Origin: a virus | Taxonomy: Duplodnaviria > Caudoviricetes | Virus record (IMG/VR): IMGVR_UViG_3300037883_000322 | Span: 1 to 34,661 of that record | Strand: one strand, 5' to 3' | Length of the DNA: 34,661 nt | Part shown: positions 16,835 to 26,615 of the stretch, one piece after another | Layout of the letters: each line of letters starts with the position of its first letter | Numbering within the stretch: position 1 is the stretch's first letter | Notes under the pieces: generated by a model | Seen by the model: only the letters and a program-made list of their open reading frames with translations | Databases searched by the model: none | Told to the model about the DNA's origin: nothing | Made by a program: the position numbers and the translations under genes

Positions 16835-18042
16835 TGGTATTTCTGTTCGTAATCAGTCCCTTGGGTGTTGAACTTCGAGGAATATGACGTTCCTTGAGTG
16901 ATGAATTTGTTTTTGAATTGAATCAATAATCCGTTGACATAAGCTTTGACGATGATGAGGCGTCCCTTCGCGATCATGAATGAGTCGGTCATCGTTCGTG
17001 CGAGTCCTTTAGTGAGAGTCGCGGTCCGTCCGGCCCCGTTCAAGATGGAAGCAGAGTTTGATCGGAAGAATGAAGCGATGCGGGATACGGTGGCTAATCT
17101 ACTTGCGGCGTTTGTGATTGAGTCGGAAAGTGTTCGTGTGAATCCGATGATTCTTGCGACGGTCGCAAAGCGTGAAGCTGCGTTTGAGATGGAATCTGAA
17201 AGGCTTCGCACTAACCCTTTTGCAAGGGTCGCGGTTCGGCTGGCTCCATTCAGGATTGAATCTGATGGGGTGCGAAAGTAGGAAACAAGGCGTGAGACCG
17301 TTGCCGATCTCGATGCGCCGTTGAGGACTGAATCTGCCGGTGTTCGTATGAAGCCCGCTATTCGGGCAAGGGTCGCGGAGCGGCTTGCGGCGTTCATGAT
17401 GGAGTCGGCCAAGGTTTTTGTGAAGCTCACCGATGCCGGGGCGAACGAAGCCATGCAAGCGGCAATCGTTGTGGTTCCGGAAGCGTCGATTTTCATGCTG
17501 TTGCTGCCAACCGCTAAGGCCGCATTACTGTCAAAGAACGCGGAGTTGTCGGAAGTCGAGCGAAGAGTGGAACCTGTATCTGCGGTGAGAACTTTGCCGT
17601 CCGAGTTCTTTGCGATTGCCTCCATTACTGTCCAGCAATTCAAGGCAACGGTAGTGAGAGAAGTCGTAAGCGACGTGACCGATGACCCGCTGTTGGTTGT
17701 GTGAGCGTCGGGAACACCGCTTTGCTTTGCACCCGTATAAGTGGCGACGTGCATTCGGATAAATCCGCCCGAACTGGCTGAAGCAATTACATTCGCGTTC
17801 GTCGTGGTACTTGGATTGATGAGGTAATACAGATAACACTCTTCAACCGTGTCACTTACTTTGTCGATGAGTGTCATGGCAACGCCGTCATACGTGACCC
17901 CGGTAATCACATCACCGGCGGTGGCGAGGATTCCCGCAAAGGCAATGCGATTGGTGCCTCCCGCCGTGTGCGTGACGGTGCAAGAGGTCGCTCCTGCGCC
18001 GGTTAAGTGTTCAGTTTCGGAGTCGAACGCGATGGATGCCAT
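16831..18042 (-). CDS. Virion fibre/spike protein with tandem ~19-22 aa repeats
   Basis: N-terminal beta domain (GVTYDGVAMT, YYLINP, ATYTGA); about 7 DS(I/V)xN(A/G)ASRxAT repeats. Confidence 0.7.
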   Translation of the reverse strand: MASIAFDSETEHLTGAGATSCTVTHTAGGTNRIAFAGILATAGDVITGVTYDGVAMTLIDKVSDTVEECYLYYLINPSTTTNANVIASASSGGFIRMHVATYTGAKQSGVPDAHTTNSGSSVTSLTTSLTTVALNCWTVMEAIAKNSDGKVLTADTGSTLRSTSDNSAFFDSNAALAVGSNSMKIDASGTTTIAACMASFAPASVSFTKTLADSIMNAASRSATLARIAGFIRTPADSVLNGASRSATVSRLVSYFRTPSDSILNGASRTATLAKGLVRSLSDSISNAASRFATVARIIGFTRTLSDSITNAASRLATVSRIASFFRSNSASILNGAGRTATLTKGLARTMTDSFMIAKGRLIIVKAYVNGLLIQFKNKFITQGTSYSSKFNTQGTDYEQKYQ

Positions 18043-18048
18043 GAAGTG

Positions 18049-18717
18049 CTAAAGGTTAATCGTCCAGTTGACTTGAAGGGTGTCGTTAGTGGCGAGAGTC
18101 GCTGAGGATGCGAAGTTTCCTTCAACGAACATGTTGCCGGTTGAAGCGGCGTCGAAGATCGCGGCTGAGGCGACGGTCTGCGCTCCCGTCGCGGTGAAGG
18201 TTTTCGTGAGGACATAGCTTGCTGCGCCGTCAAGCGAAGCAGGGGCCGTGTAGGTTCCTGCGGTGGCAAGAGCGCGGGTAAATCCGTTTGTCGAGAGTTC
18301 ACCGGAAAGGGTCGTGTCTCCGTGGGCTGCGGTCAGGGTGTTCGGAGAGACGGCGATGTACTTTGCGGTTGCCGGGGATGAGATGCCGCCGAGCGTGGTT
18401 CCTGAAATGAGGGACGCGCAAAGGGCTGCTCCTGCGTCAACGCGTGAGTTATACGAGTAGCGAAGTTTGTCAGCGACATAGACGCCAAGACGAATGGAGC
18501 CGTCTCCTTGTTCAATCTGCTGAATGAATTCTCCTCGATTGATCGGATCACCGTCGTTGTAGAACCGCTGGAATCGTGAGATTCTGTTTTCGATTCGGTT
18601 GAATCCTGAAATGCCAAGATGGAAGCCGATGAAAGCTCCTATCTTGGTATGCAGGAATTTTTTGATTGTCCGTCCAATGGGTGAATATTGGCGCGGTGGT
18701 TTTGTGTTGATGTTCAC
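18049..18717 (-). CDS. Virion structural protein (tail-fibre base-like)
   Basis: YIAV..DTTLSGE..GFTRA, IFDAASTGNM, DTLQVNWTI motifs. Confidence 0.7.
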   Translation of the reverse strand: MNINTKPPRQYSPIGRTIKKFLHTKIGAFIGFHLGISGFNRIENRISRFQRFYNDGDPINRGEFIQQIEQGDGSIRLGVYVADKLRYSYNSRVDAGAALCASLISGTTLGGISSPATAKYIAVSPNTLTAAHGDTTLSGELSTNGFTRALATAGTYTAPASLDGAASYVLTKTFTATGAQTVASAAIFDAASTGNMFVEGNFASSATLATNDTLQVNWTINL

Positions 18718-18742
18718 TGTGTTTGTTTTGATTGTTCGGCCT

Positions 18743-18946
18743 TTATTTGCCGTAGAGTCGTTTTTTTACTTTGTTCCAATAGACTGCTCCGGCGACTTTC
18801 TGTCCTGCGGCTTTTGATCCGTATTTTTCTGCCGCTTCGTTTTCGATGGCGTTGAAGCCCCCCGTTTTGTAGGTGCGGCCAAGGCGCTTAACTACCGCTT
18901 TGCCTTCTGCGCCTTTGGGCTTCATCCGTTTTGATTTCTTTTTCAT
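18743..18946 (-). CDS. Small basic phage protein
   Basis: MKKKSKR...KYGSKAAGQKVAGAVYW; lies within the virion operon. Confidence 0.7.
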   Translation of the reverse strand: MKKKSKRMKPKGAEGKAVVKRLGRTYKTGGFNAIENEAAEKYGSKAAGQKVAGAVYWNKVKKRLYGK

Positions 18947-18999
18947 TGTGATGAGGTCTGGCCAGTGGCCCGGAAATTGCCGGGCCACAAGCCAAACAG

Positions 19000-19497
19000 T
19001 TAGAGAGTCGAAAACTGCGGAAAGAATTCGCCGACAGTGTTCACGTAAACGGCGTTCGGAACGACGGTTGCATCATCGAGAGCGGTGGTGCCGCCTACGA
19101 AGTTGCCTGTGCCGGTCGGGTTGATGATGACGAATCCGATGGGGATGACTCCATCCGCGAGAGCGGGGAAAACGACTGCGCCGATCGTAGCGCCAGCAGT
19201 TCCCATCGTGGTTGTGAGGGTACCGGCAGAGTTTACGCCGAATACGAAGACGTTAAACGTCGCATTGACGACTGTGCCGGAAAGCGCGGCCATGTCTGCG
19301 GCGGCTTTCGAGAAGACTGCGCCGTCGATCATGAAGTAGACGGTGTTCACCGTCTTTGCGAGGGCTGAAGCCGAGCCGTGGATCGCAAGACCGCCCGTGT
19401 TCAAGAGCGTCTGTACGGTTGCCCGTTGGAGCTTGTCGAACAATGCCGAGATTTCTCCTTCAGTGTTCGGAAAGTTGATTGATTTAGTTCGTGCCAT
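19000..19497 (-). CDS. Probable capsid decoration / minor structural protein
   Basis: Beta-rich A/G/T protein directly after the MCP; start at MARTKS. Confidence 0.6.
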   Translation of the reverse strand: MARTKSINFPNTEGEISALFDKLQRATVQTLLNTGGLAIHGSASALAKTVNTVYFMIDGAVFSKAAADMAALSGTVVNATFNVFVFGVNSAGTLTTTMGTAGATIGAVVFPALADGVIPIGFVIINPTGTGNFVGGTTALDDATVVPNAVYVNTVGEFFPQFSTL

Positions 19498-19573
19498 TTT
19501 GATTGGTTGGTTAGTTTTTCGACCTTTGAACGTCCTGTGGGCCACCCTTGCGAGTGGCCCTTGAGGATTAGGA

Positions 19574-20665
19574 CTATCCTGTGCAGAAGAGTTCTGCGGC
19601 GAACTTCAAACGGTTGTCCGTGACGTGAGCGCCATAGACGTACAAATCTTTGTAAGCGGTTCCGAAGTTACCGATAAGGTCTTCTTCCATTCCGACTTGC
19701 AAAACTTTGTCCGCGAAGGTGAGCCAGTTGCGGTTGCACGCGATGACGTGCCAGCCGTTCGTGTTGTCACCCTGGACACGCGGGGTCTGGATTACTTTGA
19801 ATCCGACAAGCTCCGTGAGGAAGCCTTTCTTGACGAGAGCGTCAAAGGCTGCCGGGACTGAGAGCGAGATGTTTGTACCCTGCGGGATCAATTTGGCGAT
19901 GATCGGGGGAACAACGAGGTAGCGGTCTTCGTCGGGAACTTCCTGGTCGTCAAGTTTCTGCTTGAGGGACAAGAGGTTCGACATGATGTTCGAGCCGATG
20001 AGGGCGACAGGCGTATTTGCCTGAATCGTGTACGAAGTGCCACCTGCGATTACTCCTCCGTCGTAGGCCGTTACCGTGTCATCGAATACGTCGAGCTGGA
20101 TCGCGATTGAGGTCGTGCTGGTGAACGTGGCGATGCGGTACTGCTTCGAGAGGCCGGTGCAAGTGAACGCTTTGCCAACCATCGAAGAGGTGAAGGTCGT
20201 GCCGGAGCCGGTCACGTTGCCTGACGCGTCGATAGAGACGGTGCCGGTCGTGTAATCGGTTCCAACCCGGTTCCCTGCGGCGACGCGATTGAAGAAGCCG
20301 AGAATGAATTTATCGACGTTCTTCCTGCGTTCTGAGGCGGTCTGTTTGACGATGACGGGGCGCGGCTCCTTGATGTAGGACTGCCATTTCGCCAACGTCT
20401 TCTCGCGCCAGTAGAATGACTTCTGCTGGTCGATAACAAGCTGGCCGTTGACTTCCGTGAGGTCGTCAACTGAAAGATTGCTGCCGCTGTAAACCTTTTC
20501 AGAAAGTTTGGCGAAGCTCAAGATGTTGAGCTTGGAGCCTACGTCGTTAATGTCGCCTTCATAATCTCTGTTGCAGATTTCATCGAAGATCGAATTAAGG
20601 TAGACCTCCTGCATTACCTTGCTGGAAAAGCCTTCTGCTAACTTTGTTGCGTATGCTGAGGGCAT
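19574..20665 (-). CDS. Major capsid protein (HK97 fold) with inserted beta domain
   Basis: NRDYEGDI, LVIDQQKSF, KLDDQEVPDEDRYLVVPP, VGFKVI, DLYVYGAHV motifs; follows the scaffold. Confidence 0.88.
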   Translation of the reverse strand: MPSAYATKLAEGFSSKVMQEVYLNSIFDEICNRDYEGDINDVGSKLNILSFAKLSEKVYSGSNLSVDDLTEVNGQLVIDQQKSFYWREKTLAKWQSYIKEPRPVIVKQTASERRKNVDKFILGFFNRVAAGNRVGTDYTTGTVSIDASGNVTGSGTTFTSSMVGKAFTCTGLSKQYRIATFTSTTSIAIQLDVFDDTVTAYDGGVIAGGTSYTIQANTPVALIGSNIMSNLLSLKQKLDDQEVPDEDRYLVVPPIIAKLIPQGTNISLSVPAAFDALVKKGFLTELVGFKVIQTPRVQGDNTNGWHVIACNRNWLTFADKVLQVGMEEDLIGNFGTAYKDLYVYGAHVTDNRLKFAAELFCTG

Positions 20666-20701
20666 AGTGGGGTGTAGTGGTTAACCCCAACCGTCGACTG
20701 C

Positions 20702-21361
20702 CTAGACTTCTATTTCAAGAGTGTGAGTCTTCAGATAATCCTGGTACGCTCTGGGGTCTGATTGCCGGAGTGCTGCAAGATTTTCAGTTGATAAAGTCTT
20801 TGGGGTTTCGGAAGTGCGTGGGCCGCCGTTGCCGTGTTCGAGGCCGGGTTTTGGCGTCGGCTTGGTTTCTGTCGGTTGACCGTTTTTTTGGAGAAAGGCT
20901 GCCACGAGAACATCCATAGGAACATTCTTATACTGCGGTTTGGATGCGAACTGCTTGAACGCCTGTTCTTTGCCTTGTAAGGCTGGATCGGAGGATACAG
21001 CAAGCTCAATGCTTGTGTTCCATGACCGTTCCTCTTTCAATTCTTGCGCTGTTCGCGCGGCGTTTGCTGCGGTTCGTTCCGCTCCGAAGGTGCGGCGGGC
21101 GAAACTCTTTTGCGTATCGTCGTACAGGTCCCAGTCCGGGAATGCTGCCCTGATTTCCGAATCGGTTGGTTCTTTTGTCAATTCCTGCCTAGCTTTTTCC
21201 TCTGCGGCTATTCGCTCACGAAGGATTTGATTTTCCCTTGCTGATTCCGCGAATTTCTTCTCGTAATCAATAGGGGGAGTCTGCTGGCTCGGCTCCGCAG
21301 GTGTTTCCGTGGGCTGCTCCACGATTTCCGTCTCCGTTGGGAGGTTTGGAAGTTCTGACAT
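20702..21361 (-). CDS. Capsid scaffolding protein
   Basis: Acidic disordered N-terminus, DYEKKFAESARE coiled coil, C-terminal helix-turn-helix; precedes the MCP. Confidence 0.75.
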   Translation of the reverse strand: MSELPNLPTETEIVEQPTETPAEPSQQTPPIDYEKKFAESARENQILRERIAAEEKARQELTKEPTDSEIRAAFPDWDLYDDTQKSFARRTFGAERTAANAARTAQELKEERSWNTSIELAVSSDPALQGKEQAFKQFASKPQYKNVPMDVLVAAFLQKNGQPTETKPTPKPGLEHGNGGPRTSETPKTLSTENLAALRQSDPRAYQDYLKTHTLEIEV

Positions 21362-21443
21362 GTTGGTTGTTGCCGTCCCTTTCGGGGTTTGGCGGTTAAT
21401 TTAATTCTTTGGTCGCGGTCGATTTAGCGCAACCTGGGGATAA

Positions 21444-21632
21444 CTACTCTGACTTCTTTGACCTTGGGGCAGGAAGCGCCAAGTCTAAAAGGAGGACTAC
21501 TCTGTACTTCTCTCTCTGGTCGGATGAGAGATACGAACTGCGAGCGCGGAGAAAGTCGATGTCACCCGGTGTAAGGGCTTCGACTTCCTTGCTCGTAATT
21601 TCCTCGAAACGGTCTCTTGATTTTGAATCCAT
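21444..21632 (-). CDS. Small hypothetical phage protein, 62 aa
   Basis: MDSKSRDRF..LTPGDIDFLRARSSYLS; within the head operon. Confidence 0.65.
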   Translation of the reverse strand: MDSKSRDRFEEITSKEVEALTPGDIDFLRARSSYLSSDQREKYRVVLLLDLALPAPRSKKSE

Positions 21633-21660
21633 TGGAATGATGTGAATTGCGACCTTTGGG

Positions 21661-21897
21661 TTAAATTGATTGGATCGTGGACATGAGCGCGGCAAGCGTC
21701 GCGGCGCTGGGACTGCTCTGAAGCGATGATTGCGTCTGCGAGATATAGGTTGCAAGCGCAAGCAGGGCGTCATTGATGTCGCCGGGGGAAACGGTCTTCG
21801 TGCTGGTGGGGGTCGTCACAACGTAATTGTTGTTCGTGTCGAGACTGAGCGTAGCGCCGATGAGCGAAGCTAAGAGGTTTATTTGATCTGAGGTCAT
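21661..21897 (-). CDS. Hypothetical protein, 78 aa
   Basis: Clean ORF in the head operon. Confidence 0.65.
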   Translation of the reverse strand: MTSDQINLLASLIGATLSLDTNNNYVVTTPTSTKTVSPGDINDALLALATYISQTQSSLQSSPSAATLAALMSTIQSI

Positions 21898-21921
21898 TGT
21901 GGTGATTGATGGTGCGACCTT

Positions 21922-22245
21922 TTATTCAAGCCCATACTTTTGCTGAAGCATGAGTTTCAGTTGTTCGCGTTCTTTCTCCGGGGTCAAGATGATCTTCGTG
22001 ATGTCCTCCAAAAGCTTCGTGTACGCTTTGTAAAACATGTCTTTCTTGTCTGAATTGTCGAAGCTCTGAAGTTCGTGGTTGGCCCGTTCAAGCTCTTTAG
22101 GGAGAAGCTTTTTTAAATCGTCGATAGTCGTCTCCGGCTTTGTGAGGATCGCCGTCCATTGGTCGAACGTCGCTCTCTCGGCGGGTTTTAAATCGTCAAT
22201 CCCCGTTACTCCGGTCTTCTTGAAAATGTCGCTAAGGTTAAACAT
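21922..22245 (-). CDS. Hypothetical helical protein after the portal, 107 aa
   Basis: Start MFNLSD overlaps the portal stop. Confidence 0.7.
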   Translation of the reverse strand: MFNLSDIFKKTGVTGIDDLKPAERATFDQWTAILTKPETTIDDLKKLLPKELERANHELQSFDNSDKKDMFYKAYTKLLEDITKIILTPEKEREQLKLMLQQKYGLE

Positions 22246-23947
22246 TGGCGGGTTGAGGTAATCGTTGCGTTTGCATCGGAGCAGGTTTAGAGGCTGGGTT
22301 TGTCGGGCCTCCTGGTGTTGCATTGGCCATCATGGCCGCTTGCTGGTCATCGAAGCTCATTACTTCTTTCGTTTCCTCTGGCGTGAGGCCCATCCAATCC
22401 AAGAGTTTTTGTTTGTAGATTTTGAGGAGCGGGGCGTTTTGCGGGAATTCTGCAACGGCAACTTTCATCTTTTGGATCGTGTCAAGGCTGTCTGACTCCT
22501 TGTCAGCTTTCGAGCCGACTTTGACCTTATAGCCTTCCTCTGAGTAGGTGTCTTTGAGGTTGAGGAGCTTTTTGAAGTATTTGCCTTTGGCCGATTTCTT
22601 GTAGAGCTTGACCGGCTGCATATCTTTCCCGTTCGCCATGACAATCGCAACAAACAGATTGCCGATGTCCTCCCAGTATCGTTTGTGATATTTGGAAATG
22701 TTCTGAGCGCGTTCCTTGGCTTTGGCGGCGAGTATTTGAATCTCTTGCGCGGTCTGCGCTGCGCCTCCGCCGTTCGGGTCGTCGTCTCCACTCTCAATGG
22801 CCGAAGCTCCCGATACTCCCTGAATATTTTTCTCAATCCAATCCATTTCGCCGAATACATCTTTCATCTCTTCAATGTCCACACGCTCTAAGACTTCTTT
22901 CGGTTTTCCTGGCAAGGGATAGAACCCGAAGGGGGCGGGATCGTAGCCTACGGGCGTCCAGTTTTCTTTCGCGGTCGCGTCATAAAAGTACATGCCGTAA
23001 TTCGCGAGGGTTCCGTTCTCAACTTTCTGGCTCCATCGGGCGTTTGCAACAAGGTTCAACTGTCTCACTGAATCCGCGCCGCCGTCGCTCCAACAATCCG
23101 TCCGTTCGACATCTCCAGCCCAAGACGCCCAGGAGAACATGTTGATTCCAAGAATTTCGCGTAAGGGCTTCTGCATCAAGATTTCGTTGCCATTCGCGGT
23201 AACAACCACCATGACGACATCTTCCTGTTTTTCTTCGTCCCAGACTTTGACCTGAAGCTCGTTCAATTCAACGTAGGTTTCGCCGAGGATCGGCATGAGG
23301 ACATCGGGAACTCCAAGATCAAGAAGCCGTTTGGCTTTGTCTGCGGCGATGAGATTGTTCTGTCCGGCGATGACGAGTCCTTGCTTCGTGGCAAAGAAGA
23401 CTTTGAGCCGGTCGATTGCGGCTTGGTCATAAAACGGGTTCCGTTCGCAATCAGAGAGTGAACGGTAAATCCCAACATGGGTGATCCTGCGGCCGGATTG
23501 CAAGTCCCAGGGATTCATGTATCGGTCGAGCAAGACATCCTGCGGGTCGATGACTTCCATGTGGAACCAACCGTCGATGACATTCAATTTCATGAACGAG
23601 CGGCCATACGTCCATTCCTGTTTGCGATCTACTTCTTCGAGGATGTCGAGACGGAGCCGGTCGGCGCAATCATTCCAATACTCATTGAGGTAAAGCTCTG
23701 ACTGCTTGTCGTTCCCTTTGTTTTCGTAATAGTTATCGACGGGCCAGTTGGTCTGCGTGAGGTAGGTCTTCAACGTCTTCTTCATGTACGGGACATTGAC
23801 GCTTTGCCGTTGGGTGAGGCGGTTGACGATTACCGTGTCGCGGCTCAATTCATAGTTAAGCGTCCATTGCGGATGTCTGCGCTCCCGAAACAATCGGTCG
23901 GAGAGAAGATTCTTTTGGATGATGTCGATAGTGATGGGTTGAACCAT
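22238..23947 (-). CDS. Portal protein
   Basis: 569 aa after TerL; YGRSFMK, IDPQDVLLD, GGADSVRQLN, QTAQEIQIL, Q/P-rich tail. Confidence 0.88.
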   Translation of the reverse strand: MVQPITIDIIQKNLLSDRLFRERRHPQWTLNYELSRDTVIVNRLTQRQSVNVPYMKKTLKTYLTQTNWPVDNYYENKGNDKQSELYLNEYWNDCADRLRLDILEEVDRKQEWTYGRSFMKLNVIDGWFHMEVIDPQDVLLDRYMNPWDLQSGRRITHVGIYRSLSDCERNPFYDQAAIDRLKVFFATKQGLVIAGQNNLIAADKAKRLLDLGVPDVLMPILGETYVELNELQVKVWDEEKQEDVVMVVVTANGNEILMQKPLREILGINMFSWASWAGDVERTDCWSDGGADSVRQLNLVANARWSQKVENGTLANYGMYFYDATAKENWTPVGYDPAPFGFYPLPGKPKEVLERVDIEEMKDVFGEMDWIEKNIQGVSGASAIESGDDDPNGGGAAQTAQEIQILAAKAKERAQNISKYHKRYWEDIGNLFVAIVMANGKDMQPVKLYKKSAKGKYFKKLLNLKDTYSEEGYKVKVGSKADKESDSLDTIQKMKVAVAEFPQNAPLLKIYKQKLLDWMGLTPEETKEVMSFDDQQAAMMANATPGGPTNPASKPAPMQTQRLPQPANV

Positions 23948-23973
23948 AAATACAGTTCGACCCGTTTGACTTC

Positions 23974-24012
23974 AGTGTACGGTATGGGGTGATGTTGTAA
24001 AGCTGTGGATAA
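23974..24012 (-). promoter_or_regulatory. Virion-operon promoter TTTACA-N16-TACACT with perfect DnaA box TTATCCACA
   Basis: -35 at 23996-24001, -10 at 23974-23979, box at 24004-24012. Confidence 0.6.
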
Positions 24013-24030
24013 CTTGAATAAAATGCTGAC

Positions 24031-24255
24031 GTGCAAAGGAAAGTGTTAATTATCGTAATTCTTTCGATCACGGTCTTCTTAGTGTGGAAGATTACCCAGA
24101 AACCAGAGGGGCCGGACTGTGAACTATCCCGAAAAGTTTCGCCGTTTGGAGTTGCGTATAAGCATGTGCCGGGAAGCCCCGTAGCTGTACGGGACGACCG
24201 TTATCCTGGGTATCCATGCAAGACAATTCTCAATAACCGCGAAGGTGCTAAATAA
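24031..24255 (+). CDS. Small membrane-anchored protein (moron) between terL and portal
   Basis: N-terminal TM helix, Cys pair; AAGGA suggests an alternative GTG start at 24043. Confidence 0.55.
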   Translation: MQRKVLIIVILSITVFLVWKITQKPEGPDCELSRKVSPFGVAYKHVPGSPVAVRDDRYPGYPCKTILNNREGAK

Positions 24256-25624
24256 CCATCCCCGGAAACGGCTTGACGAGTCCGGTGGTGGGCGCAGGAA
24301 CAGTGATAGTCTTCGGCTTTTGAAGCTCAAAGAACATTCGCATGACGAAACAGTCGGCATGGTCGGGTGATCTGCCGATATTCTTTTTCACCTCGTCTTT
24401 CGGGACAATCTTCCGTTTTCCGTCCCTGTCTGCATCTTTGCTTCTGATCTGGTCAAGTTCCTCGATCAATCCCTCGCGCTCGGTTTCTGTGGTGTCAGAT
24501 ACTTGGACTTTATGCGTGTTGATGAACTCTGCAAGCTTGTAGGCGCATTGGGCCTTTAGGTTCTCAAAGTTCTCCGGCTCTCCGGTTGTCGGATTTTCGA
24601 ATGGCCGGTGATTGGCAGTAAACCCTTTGATGCCTTTCAGATGATCGACAATGCCCCCGCCAATGCCGTCTTCGTCAACGAGAATATGTGAATAAGGGAT
24701 TTGCTCTTGAATAGAGAAATTTCTTATATCGTCCTCTGTCTTGTCGGTTCCCTGCATGGTCTTGATGATTCCCTTGTAGCGGTGTAAGCCTTTCCAAAGC
24801 GTGAATACGATGCGGTCGCCGCCGAATCGGGCCGCATCTACGATCAGGTATTTCTCTTGTGATACCTCAGCGACGTTCGAGAAAATGTCGGTGATCGCGT
24901 CGTAATCAATCAGCAATCCTTGGGTGTCGTATTCCCATACTCCGTCCTTGAGACGTAATCGGGTTACGTGGTCGGTGATCTCGTCGAGCTGTGCGCCGTA
25001 AATCTCCCTTGTGTGCGAGTTATCGCCGTAGAGCGATTGGATGAAGGCGTATTGCGGGGGAAGCTCATTCGCCTTCCACGGCTTGTAAAACAGCGTGTAG
25101 AGGAAATTCTTTGAGGGGTTTCCCGTAATGGCGATCTTCGGGAGCAAGCCAAACTCTTCGTTTCGATGCCGTCCGACGCGGGTTTTTAAAACATCGAAGG
25201 CAAGGAACTGAATCTCGCCGCCTTCCTCGATGTGGCCGTTTGTGTATTCAAGGGAACCCAGGCGCTCATAGAGCGGATCGGACGGCATAAAATCAATATC
25301 CAAGAGGTCTACCGTCGAGCCGTTTTTGAATCGAATGACGTTATATTTTCCGTCAAGCGTCCAGTCTTCCTTCGGAATATGGTGGTAAGCGCAAACCTTG
25401 TTCCAGGTAACGAAGGTGGATTGCATGAGGCGCTTCAGCTCTTTGCGGGCTATGAAGGTCCTGATGCCGGGATAGGCGTAACAGTCGTAAAGGACCGTTT
25501 CGCATGTCCACCAAGATTTTCCCCCTCCTGCGCCGCCACCGAAAAGCAAAAAGCGCGTGATTGCGTCAAGCCATTTCTGCCACGCTAAATGCTGTTTAGG
25601 CTCCGGCCTGATCTTTACTTGCAT
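24248..25624 (-). CDS. terL: Terminase large subunit
   Basis: Walker A GGGAGGGKS, Walker B HIEE, TGNP, nuclease VDAARFGGD, VDEDGIG, SPDHAD. Confidence 0.96.
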   Translation of the reverse strand: MQVKIRPEPKQHLAWQKWLDAITRFLLFGGGAGGGKSWWTCETVLYDCYAYPGIRTFIARKELKRLMQSTFVTWNKVCAYHHIPKEDWTLDGKYNVIRFKNGSTVDLLDIDFMPSDPLYERLGSLEYTNGHIEEGGEIQFLAFDVLKTRVGRHRNEEFGLLPKIAITGNPSKNFLYTLFYKPWKANELPPQYAFIQSLYGDNSHTREIYGAQLDEITDHVTRLRLKDGVWEYDTQGLLIDYDAITDIFSNVAEVSQEKYLIVDAARFGGDRIVFTLWKGLHRYKGIIKTMQGTDKTEDDIRNFSIQEQIPYSHILVDEDGIGGGIVDHLKGIKGFTANHRPFENPTTGEPENFENLKAQCAYKLAEFINTHKVQVSDTTETEREGLIEELDQIRSKDADRDGKRKIVPKDEVKKNIGRSPDHADCFVMRMFFELQKPKTITVPAPTTGLVKPFPGMVI

Positions 25625-26000
25625 CGGGCGGGATGTATTGGAAACCTTGAACCTTTTCGCCCTTGGTTGTTAGATCGGTTTCGGTGCGGTCCCGGTAATC
25701 GTTGCTGAATGCGTTCTTGAGGTAGAAAATTGCTCCGGTCGGTGTGGTTCCGGCTAATCGCTGCACCCAGGCGTTTTCGATATAGTCCTCAATCCCTTTT
25801 AAGGCGTCTGGATACTTTTTCTTATATTCGTTGTACGTCGAGCGCGAGATATTTAAAAAGACGCACAAGCCGGCTTTGTTCGGCATTGAGCGTGACTTCT
25901 CGCATGAGTCAAAGTATTCGAGAACTTTGTCCGCGAACGCTTGGGAATCTTGATACTTTGGGGGCTTTCCCCCTCCTTCTCCCTGGTGTCCGTGTTTCAT
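25596..26000 (-). CDS. terS: Terminase small subunit (P22 gp3-like)
   Basis: GKPPKY..EYF..AGLCVFLNISRST, GAIFYLKN; directly upstream of terL. Confidence 0.88.
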   Translation of the reverse strand: MKHGHQGEGGGKPPKYQDSQAFADKVLEYFDSCEKSRSMPNKAGLCVFLNISRSTYNEYKKKYPDALKGIEDYIENAWVQRLAGTTPTGAIFYLKNAFSNDYRDRTETDLTTKGEKVQGFQYIPPDASKDQAGA

Positions 26001-26368
26001 TTATTATTCAGAGCAAGCCATAGTTTTGCGACTGCTTCTTCTGGGGTGGATGCGTTAGCGCTGATTGGGCTAGTGGTTCCTTCGTCGGTTGAATATGTGC
26101 TCACCGCTTCAGATACCCAATCGTTTCCGCCTGGCCAACTCTCTTGATACTGGCGTTCGCCTTCTGTTCTGCCGTGCGCTGCCCATATTTCTCTTCTGAA
26201 ATTTCTTAGACACTTAAAGTCTTCTCCGCAACCTTCGATGAGTTCTGAGAGGGTTGGAATTGCGTACCAAAGTCCCGTGTGAAGTTGCATACATCCATTC
26301 ATTCCGGGAGCACTTACGGTCATGGGATAACCACAAATTAAAAGCTGTTTTGCGAGTTCAAAGGTCAT
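25997..26368 (-). CDS. Hypothetical phage protein, 123 aa
   Basis: ELAKQL..G.P, PTLSELIE, TPEEAVAKLWLAL; coupled overlaps with both neighbours. Confidence 0.7.
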   Translation of the reverse strand: MTFELAKQLLICGYPMTVSAPGMNGCMQLHTGLWYAIPTLSELIEGCGEDFKCLRNFRREIWAAHGRTEGERQYQESWPGGNDWVSEAVSTYSTDEGTTSPISANASTPEEAVAKLWLALNNK

Positions 26369-26559
26369 TTCGGTAGTGTTCGTTTTCTGGTGCTTGGGGC
26401 CAGGACGACGAGAAGAAAGCCTTTCCATATAAGGCGGGGCATCCATTTTGGTTTCCGGCGAAAAAGCCTTGTCGAGAGATAATGCAACGTGGCAGGTTCT
26501 TCGAGGATGTCTCTGACCTTCTGATTGATTTTTAGACTCCGGTCGAATTTTCTGCTCAT
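26365..26559 (-). CDS. Small basic hypothetical protein
   Basis: First ORF after the promoter; ATGA-coupled to the next gene. Confidence 0.6.
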   Translation of the reverse strand: MSRKFDRSLKINQKVRDILEEPATLHYLSTRLFRRKPKWMPRLIWKGFLLVVLAPSTRKRTLPK

Positions 26560-26575
26560 GGGTGGGTGTAACTTA

Positions 26576-26609
26576 ATCGTACAATCTTCTTGAGAATCGT
26601 CAATCCACA
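26576..26609 (-). promoter_or_regulatory. Promoter TTGACG-N16-TACGAT for the packaging genes
   Basis: -35 at 26598-26603, -10 at 26576-26581; overlapping CAATCCACA box-like motif. Confidence 0.6.
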
Positions 26610-26615
26610 GGGGGG

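Noticed and set aside
18965-19560. GC hairpins at about 18965-18988 and 19539-19560 as terminators
   Set aside because: No U-tract on the coding strand; more likely mRNA stabilising or attenuating stems
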